Shown in pieces: positions 29,384-36,388 of a stretch of 64,000 bases of DNA; position 1 is the first letter of the stretch, and each line of letters begins with the position of its first letter. The stretch spans positions 33,556 through 97,555 of the forward strand of contig CAWBED010000018.1 in the NCBI GenBank assembly GCA_963787685.1. The letters are read 5' to 3'. This stretch comes from an uncultured Acidobacteriota bacterium (GTDB lineage: Bacteria > Acidobacteriota > Terriglobia > Terriglobales > Acidobacteriaceae). The position numbers and the translations under genes are program-made. The notes below the pieces were generated by a model that was not told the DNA's origin, made no database searches, and saw only the letters and a program-made list of their open reading frames with translations.

Positions 29384-29977
29384 CTATCTCATATCCGCCA
29401 GAGCCCCGCGCAACTTCTGCGTGGCCCGGAAGAGCGTGTTCTTGGCGGTCTCTTCCGTCGTATGCAAAATTTCTCCCACGGTTCGCAACTTCAGTCCGTG
29501 ATAATGCTTCAACTCAAACACCATGCGTTCGCGCGGAGTCAGTTTCTCCAGCGCTCCGGCGATGCGCGATCCCAACTGCCGGCGCATCAAGTCCTTCTCC
29601 GGATTCGCTCCCGCCCGCGCATCGGGCACCTGATCGAGCAGGTCATACTCGCCGCCGTCGGGATCTTTCGCGACCGGCGCGTCTTCCTTGCGCACGGTCT
29701 TCTTGCGCAGATGATCGAGACACAAGTTGGTCACGATCCGGTAAATCCATGTGTAGAAGGAACACTCGAACCGGAAGCTGCCAATATTCTTGTAGGCTTT
29801 GAGGAAAGCGTCCTGATACACGTCCTGGGCGTCGTGTTCAGTTCCGGTGAGATGCAGCGCCAGGCGCAACACGGGCTGGTCGTAGTGGCGCACGAGTTCC
29901 TCGAAGGCGGCGCGGTTTCCCCGCTGCGCTTCGCGGATCAACATCGTGTCATCTATGCGGCGTGCTTGCCCAGCCAT
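29384..29977 (-). CDS. ECF-type RNA polymerase sigma-70 family factor
   Basis: Region 2 (AFEELVRHYDQPVLRLALHLTG...DVYQDAFLKAY) and region 4 (LTPRERMVFELKHYHGLKLRTVGEIL). ATG at 29977 chosen over the longer ORF start at 30133. Confidence 0.9.
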   Translation of the reverse strand: MAGQARRIDDTMLIREAQRGNRAAFEELVRHYDQPVLRLALHLTGTEHDAQDVYQDAFLKAYKNIGSFRFECSFYTWIYRIVTNLCLDHLRKKTVRKEDAPVAKDPDGGEYDLLDQVPDARAGANPEKDLMRRQLGSRIAGALEKLTPRERMVFELKHYHGLKLRTVGEILHTTEETAKNTLFRATQKLRGALADMR

Positions 29978-30398
29978 GCGGCCCCGCGCGGGGTCCTGGT
30001 TCTCTCGAATCTGGTCTTCCCGAGTTCCGTCGTCTCTAACGCCGGAACTGCTGACTCTCTCTGTTACCTCACCCTCTCTCGAGTGGGCCCGTCCGCCAAC
30101 CGCAAAAGGTATTGCCCATACTCCGGCCGGCATTTGTGCTATGTCCTCATACCTGCCCGGCTTTCAAGTCATCCGGGCTTGCACAGGAATAGACGGAGAA
30201 TCAGCGGATCCGTGAGCAGAAATTATAGGCCGTACGGGGATTTTTAGCAGCGTCTAGGTGATTCAGGGGAAAAGATTTAGAGAGAAACAGAACAATGGGG
30301 CACAACCGGGTATCGCAGTTTGGCAAGGCAAGTGCCCTGAATGTGGTGCGTTTTTGGATAGCGGCCCGAGCCAGCGCCCGGGCCGGTATTCGAAAGCC

Positions 30399-30854
30399 TT
30401 ACTCCGCGACCGCTTCCTTCTCGATGACTACCTTCAGATGCGCGGTCACGTCCTTGTGCAGCTTAACCGGGATCGTGAACTCGCCGACGGTCTTCAGAGG
30501 CTCGTGCAACTGGATCTTGCGGCGATCCACGTTGAAGCCCTTCTTGGTCAGTGCGTCGCCCAGATCACTCGAGGTAACCGATCCAAAGAGCTGATCGTTC
30601 TCCCCCGACTTTCGCGTGAACGTCACCGACACGCCCTCGAACTGCTTCGCCAATTCCTCAGCCTGCGTCTTTTCCTTGGCGGAGCGGCGCACGGAGGCGG
30701 CCTTCATCTGGACGATGACAGCCTTGTTGCCTTCGTTGGCCTGGATGGCCAGCTTGCGCGGCAACAGATAGTTCCGTCCGTATCCTTCCGCGACCTTGAC
30801 CACATCGCCGCGGGATCCTAACTTCGCTACGTCTTCTTTCAGAATGACTTCCAT
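30399..30854 (-). CDS. rplI: 50S ribosomal protein L9
   Basis: MEVILKEDVAKLGSRGDVVKVAEGYGRNYLLPRKLA. Confidence 0.95.
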   Translation of the reverse strand: MEVILKEDVAKLGSRGDVVKVAEGYGRNYLLPRKLAIQANEGNKAVIVQMKAASVRRSAKEKTQAEELAKQFEGVSVTFTRKSGENDQLFGSVTSSDLGDALTKKGFNVDRRKIQLHEPLKTVGEFTIPVKLHKDVTAHLKVVIEKEAVAE

Positions 30855-30858
30855 GAAT

Positions 30859-30948
30859 AGCTCCTGGCTTCTAGCCGCTAGCTCCCAGCCAACCAACACG
30901 CTCTGCCTCGTTTTAGCCAGAAGCTAGGAGCTAGGCGCTAGAAGCTGA
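30859..30948. repeat. Same architecture (rplI / rpsR)
   Basis: Left AGCTCCTGGCTTCTAGCCGCTAGCTCCCAGCC. Right TAGCCAGAAGCTAGGAGCTAGGCGCTAGAAGCT. CTTCTAGC pairs with GCTAGAAG and GCTAGCTCC with GGAGCTAGG about one centre. Confidence 0.7.
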
Positions 30949-30951
30949 TTT

Positions 30952-31323
30952 TTAGCTTGCTCGTCCGGCAAATGGCAGCAGTGCGATGTTGCGCGCCTGC
31001 TTGATCGCCGACGACAGCCGGTGTTGGTGCGGGGCGCACACGCCAGTCAAACGGCGCGGCACGATCTTGCCGCTCTCGGCCACGAACTGCCCCAGCAGCC
31101 GGTAATCCTTGTAGTTGATGTCTTCGATCTTCTCGGTGCAGAACTTGCAAACCTTCTTGCGCCGGAAAAATTTCCGACCGCCGCCGCCCTCGCGTGGAGG
31201 TCCGCCGGGACCGCGTCCGCCGCCGCCAAATCGCGGACGATCTCCGCCGGGCCGTGGCCCGTCCGAACGCGGCCTCTCGGCCGGTGCCGCTGCTTGCTGT
31301 GGTGCGCTTGTTTCGTCTGCCAT
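30952..31323 (-). CDS. rpsR: 30S ribosomal protein S18 with a Gly/Pro/Arg-rich N-terminal extension
   Basis: [62 protein letters not shown]. Confidence 0.93.
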   Translation of the reverse strand: MADETSAPQQAAAPAERPRSDGPRPGGDRPRFGGGGRGPGGPPREGGGGRKFFRRKKVCKFCTEKIEDINYKDYRLLGQFVAESGKIVPRRLTGVCAPHQHRLSSAIKQARNIALLPFAGRAS

Positions 31324-31357
31324 AACTCTTGCTCTCCTTCAGAAATCTTCAGTAGGA

Positions 31358-31450
31358 CCCCAAAGGGGTCAGGGATCAGGGGTCAGTAAAATCTCGAACC
31401 TGCAACAGGCAGGGCGCTCAGTAACTGGCCCCTAGCCTCTGACCCCTTGG
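31358..31450. repeat. Same architecture (rpsR / rpsF)
   Basis: Left CCAAAGGGGTCAGGGATCAGGGGTCAGT. The right block reverse-complemented is CCAAGGGGTCAGAGGCTAGGGGCCAGT. Confidence 0.7.
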
Positions 31451-31452
31451 TT

Positions 31453-31866
31453 TTACGCCGTCGCTGGAGCTTCCGCCACCGGAGCCGCTGCCGGTTCCGC
31501 CGGCGCTGCTGCCGGCTGCGCGCTTACTTTCTTCTTCGAGTCGCGCAGCTTCTTGATCTTGTCCAGCCGCTTCTGCTCTTCATCCACGCGCACGGTGAGG
31601 AACTTGATCACCGGCTCAGTGACGCGCAGACGGCGCTCCAGTTCGTGCATGACCGGGCCTCCGCCCTCGATGACCATGAGGACGTAGATGCCGTCGTGAA
31701 AACGGCGCACAGTGTAGGCAAGACGCCGCTTGCCCATCTTGTCGACCCGCAGCACCGACCCGCCCGAAGGGGGCACGACCGATTGCAGCGTCGAAATCAG
31801 TTTGTCCAGATCCTCTTCCGTCATATCCGGACGGACGATAAACATCAACTCATATGTACGATTCAT
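31453..31866 (-). CDS. rpsF: 30S ribosomal protein S6
   Basis: MNRTYELMFIVRPDM...KRRLAYTV. Ala/Pro-rich C-terminal tail. Confidence 0.93.
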   Translation of the reverse strand: MNRTYELMFIVRPDMTEEDLDKLISTLQSVVPPSGGSVLRVDKMGKRRLAYTVRRFHDGIYVLMVIEGGGPVMHELERRLRVTEPVIKFLTVRVDEEQKRLDKIKKLRDSKKKVSAQPAAAPAEPAAAPVAEAPATA

Positions 31867-31886
31867 TCGTTTCTCCAAATCCTTAA

Positions 31887-31962
31887 GCCAGTGGCCAGTG
31901 AGTAGTGGCTAGTTCTCAGCAAAACCTCGGCGTCTCCCGAGCGACGACTGAACACTAGTCAC
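31887..31962. repeat. Same architecture, weaker (rpsF / pth)
   Basis: Left GCCAGTGGCCAGTGAGTAGTGGCTAGT. Right ACACTAGTCACTCCTCACTGC. A central small hairpin CTCGG-N6-CCGAG is present. Confidence 0.5.
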
Positions 31963-31965
31963 TCC

Positions 31966-32574
31966 TCACTGCTCTTCTTTCCGGTTATAGCGATTCATCG
32001 CTGCCGCCGGACCCTCTTTCAAAATCATCTTCACCGCGTCCTCGGCGGTGTCGAGAACCCCATCCACGATTGCCAGGTCCGCCTTGCGCATCGGAGCCAG
32101 CAGGTACTCTGCGCCGTCCCCTACTTTCCGTTCCGGCGCAACGCCGATCCGGATTCGCAAGAAATCCTGCGTGCCCAGCGCATCGATGATCGACTCGATG
32201 CCGTTATGCCCCGCCGAACTGCGCCGCGTATGAATCCGCAGCGTGCCCAGCGGAAAGTCCAACTCGTCCTGAATCACAATCAGGTCCGACTCCGGCGTCG
32301 CTTCGTACTCCCGGATCAGTTCCCGCACCGAGACGCCACTCAAATTCATGAACGTCTCCGGCTTGGCCAGCAGTACCATCTGATCGGCGATAACGGTTCG
32401 CGCCGTCTGCGCCCGGCACTGCCGGTTCCTCACTTCCACGCCCAGGTGTTCGGCGATGCGATCAATCGCCAGAAAACCCAGGTTATGCGGCGTGAGCTGA
32501 TATTCGGCTCCGGGATTGCCAAGACCCACAATCAGTTTCACGCAGACTTCGAACCTTTCGCCACGGATTTCCAC
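31966..32574 (-). CDS. pth: Peptidyl-tRNA hydrolase
   Basis: KLIVGLGNPGAEYQLTPHNLGF...GHNGIESII. The true start is probably GTG at 32541. Confidence 0.9.
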   Translation of the reverse strand: MEIRGERFEVCVKLIVGLGNPGAEYQLTPHNLGFLAIDRIAEHLGVEVRNRQCRAQTARTVIADQMVLLAKPETFMNLSGVSVRELIREYEATPESDLIVIQDELDFPLGTLRIHTRRSSAGHNGIESIIDALGTQDFLRIRIGVAPERKVGDGAEYLLAPMRKADLAIVDGVLDTAEDAVKMILKEGPAAAMNRYNRKEEQ

Positions 32575-32582
32575 GAAATCGT

Positions 32583-32637
32583 CACGGATAAAGCGAATCT
32601 TTGTCTCCGATCCGTGTGAATCCGTGCCAATCCGTGG
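32583..32637. repeat. Tandem AATCCGTG octamer array with an upstream complementary CACGGAT (pth / rplY)
   Basis: GATCCGTGTGAATCCGTGCCAATCCGTGGCC at 32605-32637. GTCACGGAT at about 32585. Confidence 0.65.
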
Positions 32638-32643
32638 CCGAGG

Positions 32644-33360
32644 TTATTTCTTCTCTTTCTTCTCTGCCTTCTCCGGAGCAGCCTCGGCACCCTCTTCGTC
32701 CGTCTCCTGTTTGCCCTTCTTGATGACTTCAGGCTCAGCCGGAGTAGCACCCGCTTCCGCCGCCACTGCTTCAGGAGTCGCCACAACCTCTTCCTTCACC
32801 GAGGTCACGTGCGCGACGGGCTGATTCGCATCGCTCAGGAACTTGATCTTCTCCATCTTGGGCAGGTCCGAAACGCGCAGCACCTTGCCGAATGTCAGTT
32901 GGCTGACGTCGGCGTCGATGTGGCTCGGGATGTCGGCCGGCAAGCACTCGATCTCGACTTCACGCAGCATCTGTTCCATAATGCCGCCTTCCTGCTTCAC
33001 GCCCGCCGACTCTCCCACCAGGAAGATGGGGACGCTGACGCGCAGCACTTTGTCGAGCGCAATGCGCTTGAGATCAATGTGCAGCAGACGGCCCTTGATC
33101 GGCTCATACTGCCAGTCGACGATCATGGCCTTCGTCTTTTCGCCGCTCAATGTCAGATCGAAAATCGTGTTGTGTCCGGTCTCCGAGTTCAGAATGCGCG
33201 TCACCACGCGGGGATCGACGCTGATCGAGAGCGAGTCTTTACCCGCTCCATAGACCACGGCCGGAATCTTGCCTTCCTTCCGCACACGCTTGGCATCGTT
33301 CTTGGTGCCGGCGTCTCTCGGTTGCGCTTCCAGTACGTTCGTTTCCAATGCAGTCGCCAT
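32644..33360 (-). CDS. rplY: 50S ribosomal protein L25 / general stress protein Ctc
   Basis: RKEGKIPAVVYGAGKDS...LLHIDLKRI. Acidic and Lys-rich C-terminal tail. Confidence 0.9.
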   Translation of the reverse strand: MATALETNVLEAQPRDAGTKNDAKRVRKEGKIPAVVYGAGKDSLSISVDPRVVTRILNSETGHNTIFDLTLSGEKTKAMIVDWQYEPIKGRLLHIDLKRIALDKVLRVSVPIFLVGESAGVKQEGGIMEQMLREVEIECLPADIPSHIDADVSQLTFGKVLRVSDLPKMEKIKFLSDANQPVAHVTSVKEEVVATPEAVAAEAGATPAEPEVIKKGKQETDEEGAEAAPEKAEKKEKK

Positions 33361-33387
33361 AAATGTCAATTCCTATCTAAGAAATCT

Positions 33388-33457
33388 GCGGTGAGCATCG
33401 AGCGACGAGCGCGGAGCAATCTCGTTTGCTCACGGCTCACCGCTCATGACTCACGGC
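33388..33457. repeat. Same architecture (rplY / prs)
   Basis: Left GCGGTGAGCATCGAGCGACGAGCGCGGAGCAA. The right block reverse-complemented is GCCGTGAGTCATGAGCGGTGAGCCGTGAGCAA. Confidence 0.7.
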
Positions 33458-33458
33458 T

Positions 33459-34514
33459 TCAAATGAACAGCTTACTAACCGAAGTCTCTTCGTGATTGGC
33501 CTGAATGGCCCGGCCAATCAACCCCGCAATCGAGAGGACCGAAATCTTTCCTCCCTTTTCCGTCCTCGCGGCGTCGGCCGCAGGCGTCAGCGGGATCGTG
33601 TTCGTTACCACTACTTCCTTAATCACCGAGTTCCGGATGTTCTCGACCGCCGGACCCGACAGCACCGCGTGCGATGCGCACGCGTAAACATCCACCGCGC
33701 CGTTCTCTTTCAGTGCCGCCGCCGTCTTCACCAGCGTGCCGGCCGTATCGATCAAATCGTCGATGATCAGGCAAGTTCGCCCGTGAACGTCACCGATCAC
33801 GTGCATGATCTCGGCCACATTCATCTCGACGCGCCGCTTGTCGACTATGGCCAGCGCCGCATCCACTTTCTTGGCGAAGAATCTCGCACGCTCCACGCCG
33901 CCCGCATCTGGCGAAACCACCGTCAAGTTCGGCAACTGCAACTTGCGGAAGTGATCCACCAGCACCGGCGACGCGAACAAATGATCCACCGGGATATTGA
34001 AAAATCCCTGCAGCTGCGGCGTATGCAAATCTACAATCAACGCCCTGTGGGCTCCTGCCGTCGTCAGCAAGTCCGCCACCAGCTTTGACGAGATCGGACT
34101 TCGCGGCTTATCTTTTCGATCCTGCCGCGCGTATCCGAAGTACGGAATCACCGCCGTGATGCGCCGTGCCGACGCGCGTTTCAGCGCATCAATCATCAAC
34201 AGCAGTTCCATCAAGTGCTCGTCTACCGGACGGCACGTTGGCTGCATCACGAAGACATCCGCGCCGCGCACGTTCTCCTGGATCTGAACGTAGCACTCAC
34301 CGTCGGCAAAGCGCGTTACTTGCGCCTGTCCGCGCTGCATCCCGAGAAAGTGGCAGACCTCGTCGGCCAGCGGCTCATTTGCCGTGGCGCTGAAGATCTT
34401 GAACTTCTCGTCCACTCGCGGACGCGGCTTCCGCTCGGCCTTGTCGTCGGTCACTGGCGGACTCTTTTTCTCAACCTTGTCACTCTTGTCGGTCGGCGTG
34501 ACTAAAGTAGCCAT
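33459..34514 (-). CDS. prs: Ribose-phosphate pyrophosphokinase
   Basis: IPYFGYARQDRK and DDLIDTAGTL motifs. About 35 aa of Lys-rich N-terminal extension. Confidence 0.93.
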   Translation of the reverse strand: MATLVTPTDKSDKVEKKSPPVTDDKAERKPRPRVDEKFKIFSATANEPLADEVCHFLGMQRGQAQVTRFADGECYVQIQENVRGADVFVMQPTCRPVDEHLMELLLMIDALKRASARRITAVIPYFGYARQDRKDKPRSPISSKLVADLLTTAGAHRALIVDLHTPQLQGFFNIPVDHLFASPVLVDHFRKLQLPNLTVVSPDAGGVERARFFAKKVDAALAIVDKRRVEMNVAEIMHVIGDVHGRTCLIIDDLIDTAGTLVKTAAALKENGAVDVYACASHAVLSGPAVENIRNSVIKEVVVTNTIPLTPAADAARTEKGGKISVLSIAGLIGRAIQANHEETSVSKLFI

Positions 34515-34516
34515 AG

Positions 34517-34601
34517 TGAGTTCTCAGTTCTCGGTTCCCAGTTCTCAGTCTTTGGGCTCGGCCAGTTCAACTGAGAACTGAGAACTGGCAACTGAGAACT
34601 G
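34517..34601. repeat. Same architecture (prs / tRNA-Gln)
   Basis: Left AGTTCTCAGTTCTCGGTTCCCAGTTCTCAGT. Right ACTGAGAACTGAGAACTGGCAACTGAGAACT. Units are AGTTCTC versus GAGAACT. Confidence 0.75.
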
Positions 34602-34607
34602 ATTCTC

Positions 34608-34681
34608 TGGCTGGGCCGCTAGGATTCGAACCTAGACAAAGTGCTCCAAAGGCACTTGACCTACCATTAGTCGACGGCCCA
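34608..34681 (-). tRNA. tRNA-Gln (anticodon TTG), CCA encoded
   Basis: Folded by hand from the reverse complement: acceptor TGGGCCG/CGGCCCA, D stem GACT/GGTC, anticodon stem AGTGC/GCACT with loop CTTTGGA, T arm CTAGG-TTCGAAT-CCTAG, discriminator G, CCA. 74 nt. Confidence 0.9.
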
Positions 34682-34690
34682 ATCACTTAA

Positions 34691-34773
34691 TTGTTGATGG
34701 TTGAAGTTTGGATTGTGAACCCCTTAGGAGTTCGGACCCTATTTTCATTCAACAATCGAAAATCAACAATCAA
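34691..34773. repeat. Same architecture (tRNA-Gln / ispE)
   Basis: Left TTGTTGATGGTTGAAGTTTGGATTGTGAA. Right TTCATTCAACAATCGAAAATCAACAATCAA. Confidence 0.65.
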
Positions 34774-34778
34774 AATTC

Positions 34779-35909
34779 TCAGGAACCCGGCATCAGCCGT
34801 CGCCAGTACACCTGCCGCGTCAGGGTCGAAGTCGCTTGCGCCGACCAACCCTGCTTCCGCAGCCTGCCGACTGCCCGAACCGCCGCTTCGCGAGAAGCGA
34901 ACAGCCCGTAGAGCGTCGACCCAGAACCCGACAACGACGCGTATTTCGCGCCCGCGCGCACCAGCGCACGCTTACCTTCACACAGCTCGGGATATTCAGG
35001 AAAGACGACTTCTTCGAAGTCGTTCTTGATCCCGGCCCGGACAAGCGCGAGAAGTGGATTCTCGGCCCGGCCCCTTCCAAAAGGAGCACCGGAGTGAAGC
35101 TTGCTCAGCCACGCCGACAACTCCCGGCCAAGCTCATTCATTCTATCGGAGGCACCAGATACCGTCAATTTCGGGTTGTCACTCGGAAAGGTTTTTGTGG
35201 GGACAGCCGCCCTCGGCTGTCCAGTCGAGCGAAGCTCGACTCGCTCTCGACTTAAATCCGAAGCGGATGCCTGGGCCGTGGAAGGGCGGCCCTTGAGGGC
35301 CGCGTCAGCATTCCCCAACGAAGAAAGCTTTAGCCCCTGCGTCCCCATTCTCCGATCCCATTCTGCAAACGCTTTCGGCGTCGATACTCCAATTTCCGGA
35401 GTCATCACAACACACGCCATCGCGGGAAAATCCTGCAGCGGATACACCTGCTCTCCGCGCCCCACGCCTAACACTGTCCCGCCGACTAAGAACAGAGGTA
35501 AATCCGATCCGACTTCGGCCGCGATTCGCAATCGTTCCGTCGCTGGAAGAATCTTGCGGAGCGCGCGCTCCAGCCCCAGCAGAGTCGCGACCGCATTCGC
35601 GGAAGCCCCGCCAAGTCCCCCCTGCACGGGCAGTCGCTTCTCAATCTCAATAACGACCCGGCCCTTCGCGCCAAGTGTCGGCATGGCGCGATCAACGATC
35701 CGGTAGCAGGTATTCGACTCATCCCGCGGGACGCGCGGATCCGCGCATCGAATTTCAATCCCGTTCCCGCGCCCGACACTCACGCGGATCACGTCGTGCA
35801 GGCCGATCGTCTGATACACGGTGAGCAGTTCGTGAAATCCATCAGCCCGCGCCGCGCCGATGCGCAGCCCAAGATTGATCTTCGCGAACGATCGCACAGT
35901 CACCGTCAT
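34779..35909 (-). CDS. ispE: 4-diphosphocytidyl-2-C-methyl-D-erythritol kinase with a large internal insertion
   Basis: FAKINLGLRI..R.DGFHEL, KRLPVQGGLGGASANAVA (GHMP motif), and SGSGSTLYGLF near the C-terminus. 376 aa, which is longer than the roughly 290 aa I recall as typical for IspE. Confidence 0.88.
   Translation of the reverse strand: MTVTVRSFAKINLGLRIGAARADGFHELLTVYQTIGLHDVIRVSVGRGNGIEIRCADPRVPRDESNTCYRIVDRAMPTLGAKGRVVIEIEKRLPVQGGLGGASANAVATLLGLERALRKILPATERLRIAAEVGSDLPLFLVGGTVLGVGRGEQVYPLQDFPAMACVVMTPEIGVSTPKAFAEWDRRMGTQGLKLSSLGNADAALKGRPSTAQASASDLSRERVELRSTGQPRAAVPTKTFPSDNPKLTVSGASDRMNELGRELSAWLSKLHSGAPFGRGRAENPLLALVRAGIKNDFEEVVFPEYPELCEGKRALVRAGAKYASLSGSGSTLYGLFASREAAVRAVGRLRKQGWSAQATSTLTRQVYWRRLMPGS
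35197..35241. repeat. Two-hairpin dispersed repeat, copy A (inside the ispE ORF)
   Basis: GTGGGGACAGCCGCCCTCGGCTGTCCAGTCGAGCGAAGCTCGACT. Hairpins are GGACAGCCG-CCCT-CGGCTGTCC and GTCGAGC-GAA-GCTCGAC. Confidence 0.8.
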
Positions 35910-36169
35910 GGATGGATGATTGTAAAGTCTCGCTGTCGCTCTAGTGCGAAAGTTACCAGTGAAAAAATGGAGTTCTCACGCCTAAACCGGTCTCTAAAAC
36001 GGCTTCCTCGCCGACACTCGCAGAGAAAATTTTCCTCACTAGGGTATTCCAGTAAACCTCTGCAAATGAATATCTTAGCGCCGACTCTCTGCCGCCGGTG
36101 AATCGTTTAACCCCATTTCAAGATGACCTCGGTAATCTCGACTGCTTACCTCCGTGAGCACATCCTTAA

Positions 36170-36185
36170 TGTGATCCTGATCACA
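36170..36185. promoter_or_regulatory. Perfect CRP/FNR-family-type palindrome TGTGA-N6-TCACA
   Basis: TGTGATCCTGATCACA read directly. It lies in the 480-bp divergent region between ispE (start 35909, minus) and the secreted-protein gene (start 36389, plus). Confidence 0.4.
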
Positions 36186-36388
36186 GGAATAGTGCCCAAC
36201 GCATCATTCCCGTTTGAAGGCTGTAAGAAAGTTTCAATACCGTAACGAGTGCTGCCCCGTTGGACCGGGCCCCTGTGCAGCACGTTCCCGCCGAATAAAG
36301 CAGAAGTTATTTCGACGAGAACAGCGATACGGCCGAATCTCAACTCAGCGGATGTTGTGCGGGCCGCCGAGACGTAAAGGGGACGGAT

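Noticed and set aside
30330-30398. Hairpin CGGCCCG-N10-CGGGCCG downstream of rplI as an intrinsic terminator
   Set aside because: On the transcribed (minus) strand the stem is followed by an A-run rather than a U-run, so it does not fit the canonical intrinsic-terminator form.
26979-34778. Possibility that the short tandem repeats are a CRISPR array or a single REP/MITE family
   Set aside because: Units are only 7-8 nt with no spacers of constant length. The sequence differs at each locus, and no cas genes or shared termini are present.
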